Source of the DNA: Akkermansiaceae bacterium
GTDB taxonomy: Bacteria; Verrucomicrobiota; Verrucomicrobiia; Verrucomicrobiales; Akkermansiaceae
Length of the DNA: 64,000 bases
Direction: 5' to 3'
Assembly (NCBI GenBank): GCA_040769225.1
Contig: JAXGLL010000001.1
Location: 2,047,263-2,111,262, forward strand
Below the pieces are notes generated by a model. It did no database searches, was not told the DNA's origin, and was given only the letters and a program-made list of their open reading frames with translations. This document shows, one piece after another, positions 24,426 to 33,688 of the stretch. Within the stretch, counting starts at the first letter, position 1; every line of letters starts with the position of its first letter. Both the position numbers and the translations under genes were made by a program.

Positions 24426-25694
24426 TCAGGCGTTCGGGCCCGGCACCGGCGGCACCTCGGCCGGCATCGCGACCTCGCCCTTCTCGAAGTCGAGGGCGGT
24501 CGGCACGCAGGTCAGGTTGTAGAACGGCGAGCTGGCGTTCGACACCAAGTCGTTCCAGCGGACCATGTCGCCGGTGTAGGCCGAGATCCGGCCCATGATC
24601 GCGATCAGCGTCGCCTCGGCGACCTGCCTGGCCTCGTTGAGCGGCTTGCCGGCGAGCGCGCCGCGGATCAGGTCGACGTGCTCCTGCACGCCGCCGTTGC
24701 CCGACTCGAGCTTGACCTCCTGGATGCGGACGTCCTTGCCGTTGATCTTGCCGCCGCCGTAGCACGAGCCCTCGGTGCCGGTGAACAGCTCGCCGACCCG
24801 GCTGTAGGTGCCCTTGATCTGCCGGCACTGGCTGTGGATGTGGACGTCGTCGCCGAAGTCGTAGTCGATGCTGAAGAAGTCGAACATGTTGCCGGTCTCG
24901 CGCCGGGCGCGGCCGCCCATCCCGACCGCCGAGATCGGCGTCCGGCCCAGGAACCACAGCGCGATGTCCAGGTTGTGGACGTGCTGCTCGACGATGTGGT
25001 CGCCCGACAGCTCGTTGAAGTTGACCCAGTTGCGGGTCAGGTAGGAAATGTCCGACTCGCCCTCCCGGCGCCGCTGGATCCACGGCACCTCGCCGTTCCA
25101 CATCACCACCCCGCCGCGGATCGCACCGATCGCCCCGGCGTCGATCCGCAGCTTGTTGTTGATGTAGTCGGCCTGGTGGCGGCGCTGGGTGCCGGCCACG
25201 ATCGCCAGCCCCCGCTGCGCCGCGCGCTCGCCCGCCGCGATCACCGCGCGCACGCCCGGCGGGTCGACGGCCACCGGCTTCTCGGCGAACACGTGCTTGC
25301 CGGCCGCGACCGCCGCGGCCAGGTGCACCGGCCGGAACGACGGCGGGGTGGCCATCAGCACGAAGTCGCAGTCGGTCGCGATCGCCTTCTGATAGGCGTC
25401 GTAGCCCCCGAAGCAGCGCTCGGCGGCCAGCCCGAACCCCTTGCCGGTGCCCTCCGCCTTGTCCTTGAAGGCGTCGGCAGTGGCGACGACCTGGACGTCC
25501 AGCCCGAGCAGCTTGCACGCCCCGCAGAAGTCGTTGAGCGCCCCGTTGCCGCGGCCGCCGCAGCCGATCAGGGCCACCTTCACCCGCTTGGTCGAGGCGC
25601 CGAGCGTGGCGCCGAACAGCCGGCTGCCGGCCAGCCCGGCCCCTGCCAAAGTGGAACTGCCGAGGAACAAACGACGATTGATGGACGGATTCAT
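24426..25694 (-). CDS. Tat-exported Gfo/Idh/MocA family oxidoreductase (glycoside 3-dehydrogenase-like)
   Basis: A twin-arginine signal MNPSINRRLFLGSSTLAGAGLAG, then VALIGCGGRGNG...HVFAEKPVA. Confidence 0.8.
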   Translation of the reverse strand: MNPSINRRLFLGSSTLAGAGLAGSRLFGATLGASTKRVKVALIGCGGRGNGALNDFCGACKLLGLDVQVVATADAFKDKAEGTGKGFGLAAERCFGGYDAYQKAIATDCDFVLMATPPSFRPVHLAAAVAAGKHVFAEKPVAVDPPGVRAVIAAGERAAQRGLAIVAGTQRRHQADYINNKLRIDAGAIGAIRGGVVMWNGEVPWIQRRREGESDISYLTRNWVNFNELSGDHIVEQHVHNLDIALWFLGRTPISAVGMGGRARRETGNMFDFFSIDYDFGDDVHIHSQCRQIKGTYSRVGELFTGTEGSCYGGGKINGKDVRIQEVKLESGNGGVQEHVDLIRGALAGKPLNEARQVAEATLIAIMGRISAYTGDMVRWNDLVSNASSPFYNLTCVPTALDFEKGEVAMPAEVPPVPGPNA

Positions 25695-25871
25695 GGGATG
25701 CTTCCGGTTGGTGTTGGGTGCGATGACGAAACGCGTCCCACCCATACTCCGGCGCCGGTGCCGGACTTTCACGCTGGAAAGGAATCACCCACGCCTGTCC
25801 CCCGGCAATCCTGCCGAAGAATCCGAAACATTCCGCTGGCCGCCACGGTTTCCTCGGCAAGCATCCCCACC

Positions 25872-27269
25872 ATGCGCACGCCGCCAATCGCCCACCTGCT
25901 CGCCACCGCGCTGCTCGCCACCACCACCCACGCCGCCACCGGCATCCTGCTCATCGCCGGGCCCAAAAGCCACGGCCCCGGCGAACACGACCACCCCGCC
26001 GGCTGCCAACTGCTCGCCCAACACCTCGCCAGCGCCGGCCTCGACCTCGCACCCGTGGTCAGCACCGGCTGGCCGGCGGACCCCGCCCAAATCGCCGCCG
26101 CCGCCACCCTCGTGATCTACGGCGACGGCAACCAAGCCCACCCCGCCAAGGATCACCTCGACGCCCTCCAACACCACCACGCCGCCGGCAAGGGACTCGC
26201 CGTCCTCCACTGGGCACTCGAACCAAGCGACCCGAAGATGGCCGCGTTCCTCACCGAGGCGCTCGGCGGCCGGTTTGAAACCGACTGGTCGGTAAACCCG
26301 ATTTGGAAGCTTCAGGACCCGCTGTTGGGCGGGCATCCGATCGCCCGCGGGGTGCAGCCGTTCGCGATTGAGGACGAGTGTTACTTTCACCTGCGGATGC
26401 GGGAGGGGGTGGTGCCGGTGCTGCGTGGGCTGCCGCCGGTGGGGGTGTTGGGGGCGGACGGTCCGTATTCGGGCAACCGGCACGTGCGGGCGGCGCTGGA
26501 GGCGAAGGAGCCGCAGGTGCTGGCGTGGGCGGTGGAGAACGGGAACGGGTCGCGCGGGTTTGGGTTCAGCGGCGGGCATTTTCACCGCAACTGGTCGCAG
26601 CCGGAGTTGCTCAGGCTGGTGCTCAACGGGATCGTGTGGACGGCGGGGGTGGAGGTGCCGGCCGGGGGGGTGGCGGGGGCGGTGGCGGCGGGGCCGGCGA
26701 ATCCGACGATCGACGTGGCGATCGCGCGGGGCGACCTGGAGGACGTGAAGCGGCACGTGGCGGCCGACGCGGGGCGGCTGCACCGCGGGGGTGCGGCGAA
26801 CTCGCGGCCGCCGCTCGCGCAGGCGATCCTGCGCAACCGGACCGAGATCGCGTTGTATCTGCTGGGGGCGGGGGCGGACCCCAACGTGGTGGGGGCGGCG
26901 CGGCGCGCCCCGCTGCATCTGGCGGTCGAGCGCCACAACCCGGTGGTGGTCAGGGCGCTGCTCAAGGCCGGCGCCAACCCGAACGCCGGCGACCAGGACG
27001 GTTGGACGCCGCTCCACCACGCGGCGGCCAGGAACCAGCTGGAAACCGCCAGGGCGCTGCTTGACGGCGGGGCCGACCCGATGACCCTGAGCGCGCTCGG
27101 CGGCACGCCGCTCCACGAGGCGGCCGCCAGCGGCGGCGCCGCAATGATCCGCCTGCTGCTCGAGCACAAGGTCGACCCGAAGCTGAAGAGCAAGGAGGGC
27201 GTCACCGCGCTCGACGTGGCGCGGCAGTTCAAGAACCAGCCGGCGATCAAGCTGCTCGAGGGGCGCTGA
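25872..27269 (+). CDS. Secreted ThuA-domain protein fused to ankyrin repeats
   Basis: A signal peptide is followed by a ThuA-like region (GILLIAGPKSHGP...LHWALEP...GGHFHRNWSQPELLRLVLNGIVWTAG). After that come ANK repeats (PLHLAVERHNPVVVRALLKAGANPNAGDQDGWTPLHHAA...). Confidence 0.7.
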   Translation: MRTPPIAHLLATALLATTTHAATGILLIAGPKSHGPGEHDHPAGCQLLAQHLASAGLDLAPVVSTGWPADPAQIAAAATLVIYGDGNQAHPAKDHLDALQHHHAAGKGLAVLHWALEPSDPKMAAFLTEALGGRFETDWSVNPIWKLQDPLLGGHPIARGVQPFAIEDECYFHLRMREGVVPVLRGLPPVGVLGADGPYSGNRHVRAALEAKEPQVLAWAVENGNGSRGFGFSGGHFHRNWSQPELLRLVLNGIVWTAGVEVPAGGVAGAVAAGPANPTIDVAIARGDLEDVKRHVAADAGRLHRGGAANSRPPLAQAILRNRTEIALYLLGAGADPNVVGAARRAPLHLAVERHNPVVVRALLKAGANPNAGDQDGWTPLHHAAARNQLETARALLDGGADPMTLSALGGTPLHEAAASGGAAMIRLLLEHKVDPKLKSKEGVTALDVARQFKNQPAIKLLEGR

Positions 27270-27315
27270 GGATTCGCGGCTTGAGAACCGGGACGCGGCA
27301 GGCGAGAATCCCGCC

Positions 27316-27513
27316 ATGGGCGAGAACGCCAGTCCGGAATACCTGGCGGTGCTGTGCCGGATGAGCGGGGCACAGAGGCTGCGGGCCGCCTTCGCCCTCT
27401 ACTGGGGCGCGCGCCGTCTCAAGGCCGCGCGCCTGCGGACGCTGCACCCGGAGTGGTCCGAGCAGCAGGTCCAGGAACGCGTCAAAGAAATCTTCATGCA
27501 TGCAGTCACCTGA
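27316..27513 (+). CDS. Small helical protein (65 aa); its end overlaps the start of the downstream nucleotidyltransferase
   Basis: It has good GC3 codon usage and overlaps the next ORF by 14 nt. It contains RLRTLH (R-x4-H). Confidence 0.4.
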   Translation: MGENASPEYLAVLCRMSGAQRLRAAFALYWGARRLKAARLRTLHPEWSEQQVQERVKEIFMHAVT

Positions 27514-28060
27514 GCCGTTCCGTCTGTTCACGCGGCGCCTCGACGCGCTCGGCCTGCGCTACATGGTGACCGGCAGCGTCGCGGCGATCTACTACGGCGA
27601 GCCGCGCCTGACCAACGACGTGGACATCGTCGTGTTCCTCGGCCGCGAGGATGCCGCCCGCATCGAGTCGGCGTTTCCGGCCACGGAGTTCTATTGCCCG
27701 CCCCGCGAGGTGATCGAGATCGAAGCCGCGCGCGAGCAACGCGGGCACTTCAACCTGATCCACCATGCAACCGGCTTCAAGGCCGACGTCTATCCGATGG
27801 GCCGCGACGAACTGCACGCATGGGCGATGGCGCGCGCGCGGGTGGTGGATCTCGAGGGCGAGCCGGTGCGCTTCGCCCCGCCCGAGTATGTCATTGTGCG
27901 CAAGCTGGAATTCCTCCGCGAGGGCGGATCGCCCAAGCACCTGCGCGACGTCGCGCGGATGCTCGCCACCCTCGGCGACGAACTCGACCGCGCGACCCTG
28001 CGGGAGTGGATCGGCCGCCAGGGCCTGGAGAACGAATGGCAGCAGGCAATCACCGCGTGA
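27500..28060 (+). CDS. Minimal nucleotidyltransferase (pol-beta fold) protein, AbiEii-like
   Basis: YMVTGSVAAIYYGEPRLTNDVDIVV carries the GS...DxD NTase motif. SPKHLRDVARML resembles the AbiEii C-terminal KDLyD motif. Confidence 0.5.
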   Translation: MQSPEPFRLFTRRLDALGLRYMVTGSVAAIYYGEPRLTNDVDIVVFLGREDAARIESAFPATEFYCPPREVIEIEAAREQRGHFNLIHHATGFKADVYPMGRDELHAWAMARARVVDLEGEPVRFAPPEYVIVRKLEFLREGGSPKHLRDVARMLATLGDELDRATLREWIGRQGLENEWQQAITA

Positions 28061-28092
28061 TCCGGCGCCGCCCTGGTCCGGCGCCGTCCCGC

Positions 28093-29034
28093 TCAGGGCG
28101 CCGCCCACGGCAGCCGCTCCAACAGGTCGTCGAACCCCAGCCCGGTGCCGCCGGGCGGGCAGAACCGCGGCTGCCACGGGCCGAGCCGCTCGCTGAACGC
28201 GTCCGGCTCGAACAGGTGGTGGGTCTGGACGCCGTGCACCGGGCTGCGGCCGCATTCGGCCGCCACCCACGCCGCGAACGCCTGCCCGAGCGGGTGGTCC
28301 ATCGCCGAGGTGACCACCACCTCGCAGCCCGGCCAGCGGGCCGCCAGCGCCTCCGGGTCGCGCCACGCCGGCTTGCACACCACCACCTCCGCCTGCCCCG
28401 GATCTAACATCCCGGCCGCGTCGTCGGCGGCGAGGCGGATGCCGGCGGCGGCGCGCAGCGTGGCCCACGCCCGCGGGTCCGGCGGGCACGGGTCCTCGAG
28501 GAAGTCGATGCGGGCGCGCAGCCCGGCGGGCCACGACGCGGCCATGGCGGCCACCTCGCGGGCCGCCGGCACCCCGTTGAAGTCGAGCCGGAAGCGGACG
28601 GCCGGAAACGCGGCGGCCAGCTCGGCGACCAGCGGGCCGTCGCCGGCACCGGCCTTGAGTTTCCACACCCGGAACCCGGCGGCGGCCGCCGCCGCGGCCT
28701 GGCTCGCAGGGGCGGTCAGCGTGGCGTGGCTGAGCACCGGCGCGGCCGCCGCGCCGAACAGGCTGCGCCCGGCCCGCCGCGCCGCCGCGTCCGCCGCCGC
28801 GCACGCGAGCGCCCGCTCCAGCAGCGGCGTCCGGCGGCCGGCGCGCAGCGCGGCGAGCTGGGCGTCGACCCCGGCGTGGCCGAACTCGGGCCACGGCTGG
28901 ACGCAGCCGTGGCCGCCGCCGTCGACGCGGACCAGGAAGCCCTCGAGCGCGCGGCGCCGGGCGCGCCGGTTGGGCGGCGCCGCGGCGCGCAGCGTGTAGC
29001 GCCACGTCTCTAACCGTTGTGCCTGGCCAGCCAT
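28093..29034 (-). CDS. menC: o-Succinylbenzoate synthase (enolase superfamily)
   Basis: FRVWKLKAG...RFRLDFNG...DFLEDP is OSBS-like. The ORF's N-terminal extension is Arg-rich junk, so the gene is trimmed to MAGQAQRLETW. It overlaps menA by 25 nt. Confidence 0.65.
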   Translation of the reverse strand: MAGQAQRLETWRYTLRAAAPPNRRARRRALEGFLVRVDGGGHGCVQPWPEFGHAGVDAQLAALRAGRRTPLLERALACAAADAAARRAGRSLFGAAAAPVLSHATLTAPASQAAAAAAAGFRVWKLKAGAGDGPLVAELAAAFPAVRFRLDFNGVPAAREVAAMAASWPAGLRARIDFLEDPCPPDPRAWATLRAAAGIRLAADDAAGMLDPGQAEVVVCKPAWRDPEALAARWPGCEVVVTSAMDHPLGQAFAAWVAAECGRSPVHGVQTHHLFEPDAFSERLGPWQPRFCPPGGTGLGFDDLLERLPWAAP

Positions 29035-29933
29035 GCGCAGCAGTGGAATGCGGCGGCGAACAGGATCATCTGCACCCCGGCCAGCGCCAGCCAGCGGTTC
29101 AGCCCGCGGCCGCCGCCGCCGGTCAGCACCGCCCGGCCGATCACCGCCCCCAGCAGGCACACCGGCAGCGTGGCCAGCGCCAGCGCCGGCTGCCCGAACG
29201 CCAGCCACCCGAGCCCCAGCAGCGCGGCCAGCACGATCTCGAGGGCGACGAGCAGCCGCGCGCCGCGCGCGCCCAGCCGCACCGCCAGCGTGCGCTTGCC
29301 GGTGGTGGCGTCCTCGGCGCGGTCGCGCAGGTTGTTGATCGAGATCAGCACCGCGGCGAGGAGGCCGCACTGCGCGCCTAACAGCAACGCCGCGGGCGGC
29401 CACCCGCCGGTCTGGACGAACACCGTGCCGGCGACCGCGACCAGCCCGAAGAACAGGACCACGAACGGCTCGCCGAGGCCGCGGTAGGCGAGCGGCAGCG
29501 GGCCGCCGGTGTAGCCGTAGGTGAGGTAGAGCGAGGGCACGCCGATCGCGGCGATCGGCCAGCCGCGGGCGCGGCACAGGACCGCGCCGCAGGCGGCTGC
29601 GGCGGCGAGGAGCGCTCCGGCCCAGGCGAGCACGGTGCGGCGCGGCAGCAGGCCGCTGGCGGTCACGCGTCGCGGGCCGAGCCGGCGGGTGGTGTCGGCG
29701 CCCTTGCCGGCATCGATCGCGTCGTTGAACAGGTTGGTGGCGACCTGCAGGCACAGCGCGGCGACCAGCGTGCAGGCGGCGAGCAACCCGTCGAAGGTGC
29801 CGGCCAGGCGCCACGCCAGCGCGCAGCCGGCCCACACCGGCACCGCCGCGGCGGGCAGCGTCTTCGGGCGGGTCGCCAACAGGAGCGCGCGCGTCACGCC
29901 AGCGAGGCGACCTCCCCGGCCGGGCGCTGCCAA
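29010..29933 (-). CDS. menA: 1,4-Dihydroxy-2-naphthoate polyprenyltransferase
   Basis: A UbiA-family membrane protein with LLATRPKTLPAAAVPV...NLFNDAIDAGKGADT. It is adjacent to menC. Confidence 0.75.
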   Translation of the reverse strand: MAAPGRGGRLAGVTRALLLATRPKTLPAAAVPVWAGCALAWRLAGTFDGLLAACTLVAALCLQVATNLFNDAIDAGKGADTTRRLGPRRVTASGLLPRRTVLAWAGALLAAAAACGAVLCRARGWPIAAIGVPSLYLTYGYTGGPLPLAYRGLGEPFVVLFFGLVAVAGTVFVQTGGWPPAALLLGAQCGLLAAVLISINNLRDRAEDATTGKRTLAVRLGARGARLLVALEIVLAALLGLGWLAFGQPALALATLPVCLLGAVIGRAVLTGGGGRGLNRWLALAGVQMILFAAAFHCCAWLARHNG

Positions 29934-30019
29934 GCACGAAAATGCGCGCCCGCGCGAGCCCGTCCCCCCCCGGCGAGCCCGTTCCTTGCATTCGCGTCCG
30001 GCAGGTCTAGGCTGCAGGC

Positions 30020-30646
30020 GTGAAAATGAGGAACCTCCCCGTTGCGGGCGCCTTGGCGGCGGCCGTACTCCCGTGGGCCGTCACCGCTGCCGAGCAGGCC
30101 GGCGGCGACGACGTCGAGGCGCTCAAGCGCCGCGTCGCCGAGCTCGAGCAGCAGGTCGGCGAGCTGCGCGAGGCGCAGCAACCCGCCAGGCTGGTCGAAC
30201 AGAACCGGCAGGCCGCCCGCGCCCGCGCCGCCAAGGACCGCGAAACCTACTCGCCCGAGCAACTCCGCGAGATCGAGCGGCTCTATCAGGTGGCGAACCG
30301 CAACTGGCGCAGCCCGGAGGCGGTCGCCAGCCTCGAGCAACTGATCGGGAAGTTCGACAAGGCGAACCGCACCGGCTGCGCCGTCCTCTACCTCGGCCAG
30401 ATGAGCGAGGGCGACCAGCGGCTGGAGTACCTGCGCCGCGCGGTCGAGGACTTCAGCGACTGCTACTACCTCGACGGCTGCCAGGTCGGCGGCTACGCCC
30501 GCCTGGTCCTCGCCGACACCCTCGAGCGCCTCGGCCGCAAGGAGGAAGCCGCCAAGCTCCTCGAGGAACTCCGCACCAACTACCAGTCCGCCACCGACCA
30601 CCGCGGCCGGCGGCTCGCCGACGTGATCCCGAAAGGCGGCGAGTAG
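30020..30646 (+). CDS. Secreted coiled-coil hypothetical protein
   Basis: Signal peptide MKMRNLPVAGALAAAVLPWAVTAAEQ, then the heptad segment LKRRVAELEQQVGELRE. Confidence 0.5.
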   Translation: MKMRNLPVAGALAAAVLPWAVTAAEQAGGDDVEALKRRVAELEQQVGELREAQQPARLVEQNRQAARARAAKDRETYSPEQLREIERLYQVANRNWRSPEAVASLEQLIGKFDKANRTGCAVLYLGQMSEGDQRLEYLRRAVEDFSDCYYLDGCQVGGYARLVLADTLERLGRKEEAAKLLEELRTNYQSATDHRGRRLADVIPKGGE

Positions 30647-30695
30647 TCGACCACTGCAGGCCCGATCGGCGGCCCGGCGGGCCGGCCGGGGCGCC

Positions 30696-31016
30696 TCACC
30701 CGAGCCGCGGCTGCCTGGCCGCGGAGTTGGCGAGGACCGGGCAGAGGATCATGAACGCGATCCAGGTGAGCGGCCAGGTGACGAAGCCGACGAGGACGAA
30801 GCAGAGCAGGAAGTTGACGAGGCAGGCGATCCAGTAGCCGACCATCATGATGATGCCGCCGGCGACGTTGCCGGCGTAGATGTTGCCGATGCCGAAGGTC
30901 TGCAGGAACAGGCCGGGCAGCAGCTCGAGGATCACCGCGATCCCGGCGTCGGGCTGCTGCTGCCGGTAGTGGACCTCGCGGACGACCTGGTATTGGGGCG
31001 GCGGCAAATTGTTCAT
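30696..31016 (-). CDS. TM2-domain membrane protein
   Basis: GIAVILELLPGLFLQTFGIGNIYAGNVAGGIIMMVGYW is the TM2 signature. Confidence 0.55.
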   Translation of the reverse strand: MNNLPPPQYQVVREVHYRQQQPDAGIAVILELLPGLFLQTFGIGNIYAGNVAGGIIMMVGYWIACLVNFLLCFVLVGFVTWPLTWIAFMILCPVLANSAARQPRLG

Positions 31017-31226
31017 GGCCGGTTCCGGGTGCGCACTAACGGGTCAGCGGGCTTGGTTAGCCCAAAAAGGAAAATGCCGGACCACCGATTTCGCGGATTG
31101 CACGGATTTCGGAGCGGCTTGGTTCCCCTCGCCTGTTCACCTGCCGGATGAATCCGCCATCCATCGCAACTCATTCAACACCCGTGCAATCCGTCCAATC
31201 CGTGGTTTTCATCTCCGAATCTAGGG

Positions 31227-32774
31227 TTAGACTTCCGCGCTGCCGTCGGCGGCGGCGGGCTTGCCGGCGCGCGGGGGCGGCGGGGTGGACTGCTCGGCGG
31301 GCGTGTCCTGGGGCGCGTCGCTGGCCTTGCCGAGGTATTGCGGCAGGTCGACGCCGGCGTTGCGGGCGATCTCGTGGAGCGGGGGGATCGAGCCGACGAG
31401 CCCGGAGACGAAGTCGGCGGTGCGGGTCCGGCCGGCGGGGCCCCGGGTGCCGGAGTCCCACACCGTGACCTTGTCGATCTTGAGGTTGGAGACCGCCTTG
31501 ACCTGCTCCTCGACCAGTTTCGGCAGCTGCTCGGTGACCATCAGCTGGGCCGCCTGCTCGGCGCCGCCGGCCGACTCGACGATCGCACGGAAGCCGTTCG
31601 CGCGGGCCTGCAGCTGGGCGAGCGTGCCCTGCGCCTGCGCCTCCATGAACGCGCGCAGGCCGTCGGCCTCGCCCTGCTTGAGCACCTTGAGCCGCTCGCC
31701 CTCGGCGGCGGCGGTCAGCTCGATCCGGCGCTTCTCGGCCTCGGCCTCCAGCTCGATCTTGAGCCGCTGGGCCTCGGCCTGCAGCTGGATCCGGCGCTTC
31801 TCGGCCTCGGCCATCACCTCGATCCGGCGCTTCTCGATCTCGGCCTCGACGACGATGTTGGCCATCCGGGTGGCCTCCTCGCGCGAGGCGCGGGCGCGCT
31901 CGGCCTGCTCCTCGGCGGCATACGCCTCCTCGAGCGCCTTGGCGGCGGCCACCTTCTCGGCGGACGTCGCGAGCCGCTGCGCCTCGGCCTCGCGCTCGCG
32001 GCGCGACGCGCTCGAGTTGGCGATCTGCACCGCGGCCTCGTTTTCGCCCTGCACGGCCTCCGCCTGGGCGCCGGCCACGCTGATGCGCATCTCCTTGTCC
32101 GCCTGGGCGGCGCCGATGTCGCCGTCGCGCTCCTTCTGGGCGACCTGCACCTTGGCCTCGTTGATCGCGCGCGCGGCGGCCTCGCGGCCGAGCGCGTCGA
32201 TGTAGCCCGACTCGTCGGTGATGTCCTGGATGTTGACGTTGATCAGCCGCAGGCCGACCTTCTTGAGCTCGACCTCGACGCCGCTCGAGATGTTGGCCAC
32301 CAGCTTGTCGCGGTCGGCGTTGATCTCCTCGATCGGCATCGTTGCGATCGCCACGCGCATCTGGCCGAAGATGATGTCCTTGGCCAGTTCCTGGATCTGC
32401 GCCTGCGACAGCCCGAGCAGGCGTTCGGCGGCGTTTTCCATGATCCCCGGCTCGGTGCTGATCCCCACGGTGAACGTCGACGGGGTGTTGATGCGGATGT
32501 TCTGCTGCGAGAGCGCGCCGCGCAGCTGGATGTCGATCGGCATCGGGGTCAGGTTCAGGTAGGCGTAGTCTTGGATCACCGGCCAGACGAAGGAGGCGCC
32601 GCCGTGGTAGCAGCGGGCCGACTTCTGGCCGCCGACCTTGCCGTAGACGACCAGGATGCGGTCGGACGGGCAGCGGCGGTAGCGGCTGGCGATGAACATC
32701 AGCGTTCCGAAGGCCACGAGGGCGAGGATCGCGAGCATGATCGGGATCACGATGTCGGCGAGGAGCAGGGTCAT
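31227..32774 (-). CDS. Flotillin (SPFH/band-7 family, FloT/YqiK-like)
   Basis: An N-terminal TM helix, an SPFH domain, and a long EA-rich coiled coil (AEAEKRRIELEA...). Confidence 0.85.
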   Translation of the reverse strand: MTLLLADIVIPIMLAILALVAFGTLMFIASRYRRCPSDRILVVYGKVGGQKSARCYHGGASFVWPVIQDYAYLNLTPMPIDIQLRGALSQQNIRINTPSTFTVGISTEPGIMENAAERLLGLSQAQIQELAKDIIFGQMRVAIATMPIEEINADRDKLVANISSGVEVELKKVGLRLINVNIQDITDESGYIDALGREAAARAINEAKVQVAQKERDGDIGAAQADKEMRISVAGAQAEAVQGENEAAVQIANSSASRREREAEAQRLATSAEKVAAAKALEEAYAAEEQAERARASREEATRMANIVVEAEIEKRRIEVMAEAEKRRIQLQAEAQRLKIELEAEAEKRRIELTAAAEGERLKVLKQGEADGLRAFMEAQAQGTLAQLQARANGFRAIVESAGGAEQAAQLMVTEQLPKLVEEQVKAVSNLKIDKVTVWDSGTRGPAGRTRTADFVSGLVGSIPPLHEIARNAGVDLPQYLGKASDAPQDTPAEQSTPPPPRAGKPAAADGSAEV

Positions 32775-32874
32775 GGAGGTGGGTGGTTGGTTGGTGGTGG
32801 TGGTGATGGTTGAAACCGTCAGGGCTGGGGCTGGGCCGGCGGGGGCGCCGCCGCCCGCTCCCGGCGCCCGCCGC

Positions 32875-33528
32875 TCAGTGGCTTGTGAGGTGTTCGCGCA
32901 CGGTGGCCGGCTCAACGACCAGCAGGCTTTCGCCCTCGACGGACAGCACGGTGACCGGGGCGCGGGGCGGGATCGGGTCCGGGTGCTCGGTCACCGCGTC
33001 GGCCGTGATCAGGCGGCCCTGGAGGATCAGCTCGACCTGCCCCTGGCCGGCCCGGGCGCCGGGGATGGTGAAGTAGGCGTGGCCCTCCTTGCCGACGGCA
33101 TTCCAGTAGTCGAGGCCGCCGCCGGGGTCCTGCATCGCCACCAGCAGGCGCATCATGAAGTAGATGACGAAGATGAAGACCGCGCCGAACACCAGCGCGA
33201 CGACCAGCGAGAGCGCGAGCGACCAGCCGCTGCCGAGCCCGAGCACGCCGGCCCAGCCGAAGCCGACGCCGAACGCGACCAGGGCGCGGAACGACAGCAC
33301 CTTGACCCCGTGGGCGGTGTCGTGGTGCGGGCCCGCGTGGCCGGCGCCGCCGGCGTCCGCCGCGCCGCCGACGTCGCCGCCGATGTCGCCGCCGTGGTCG
33401 AAGTCCCCGCCGCCGACCAGGGTGGCGACGAACAGGCAAACCTGGAGCACGGTCGCGACCAGGGCGACCGACCAGAAGAACTGGCCGGTCCCCCCGAGGC
33501 TGGTCCACCACTCGCTCATGTCAGCCAC
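32875..33528 (-). CDS. NfeD/YqiJ-like membrane protein (flotillin operon partner)
   Basis: TM helices plus a C-terminal OB-fold GQGQVELILQGRLITADAVT. It sits directly upstream of the flotillin gene on the same strand. Confidence 0.7.
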   Translation of the reverse strand: MADMSEWWTSLGGTGQFFWSVALVATVLQVCLFVATLVGGGDFDHGGDIGGDVGGAADAGGAGHAGPHHDTAHGVKVLSFRALVAFGVGFGWAGVLGLGSGWSLALSLVVALVFGAVFIFVIYFMMRLLVAMQDPGGGLDYWNAVGKEGHAYFTIPGARAGQGQVELILQGRLITADAVTEHPDPIPPRAPVTVLSVEGESLLVVEPATVREHLTSH

Positions 33529-33688
33529 GCTAGCGGGTCACCGGCCGGGCCGCCATTCCAATCCGCGGGCTTGTGTGGAATGGGGCGCCCCGCGGCGGCG
33601 GGGCTGCGGGGCGCTGCCATGCTGCCGCGGCGGCGGCCAGCAACGGTTGGACTAACGGCAGGGCGGACCGGCCCGGTTCGCCGCCTTG

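Noticed and set aside
23029-25887. The 952-aa minus-strand ORF 23029..25887 and the N-terminal 870 aa of the plus ORF 23262..27269
   Set aside because: These are shadow frames over the two Gfo/Idh/MocA genes. The real plus-strand gene (ThuA-ankyrin) starts at the MRTPPIAHLL methionine, 25872.
28093-29991. The N-terminal ~320 aa of the 632-aa minus-strand ORF containing menC
   Set aside because: That part is Arg-rich junk read through the menA frame. menC is trimmed to MAGQAQRLETW (29034) and overlaps menA by 25 nt, as is typical.
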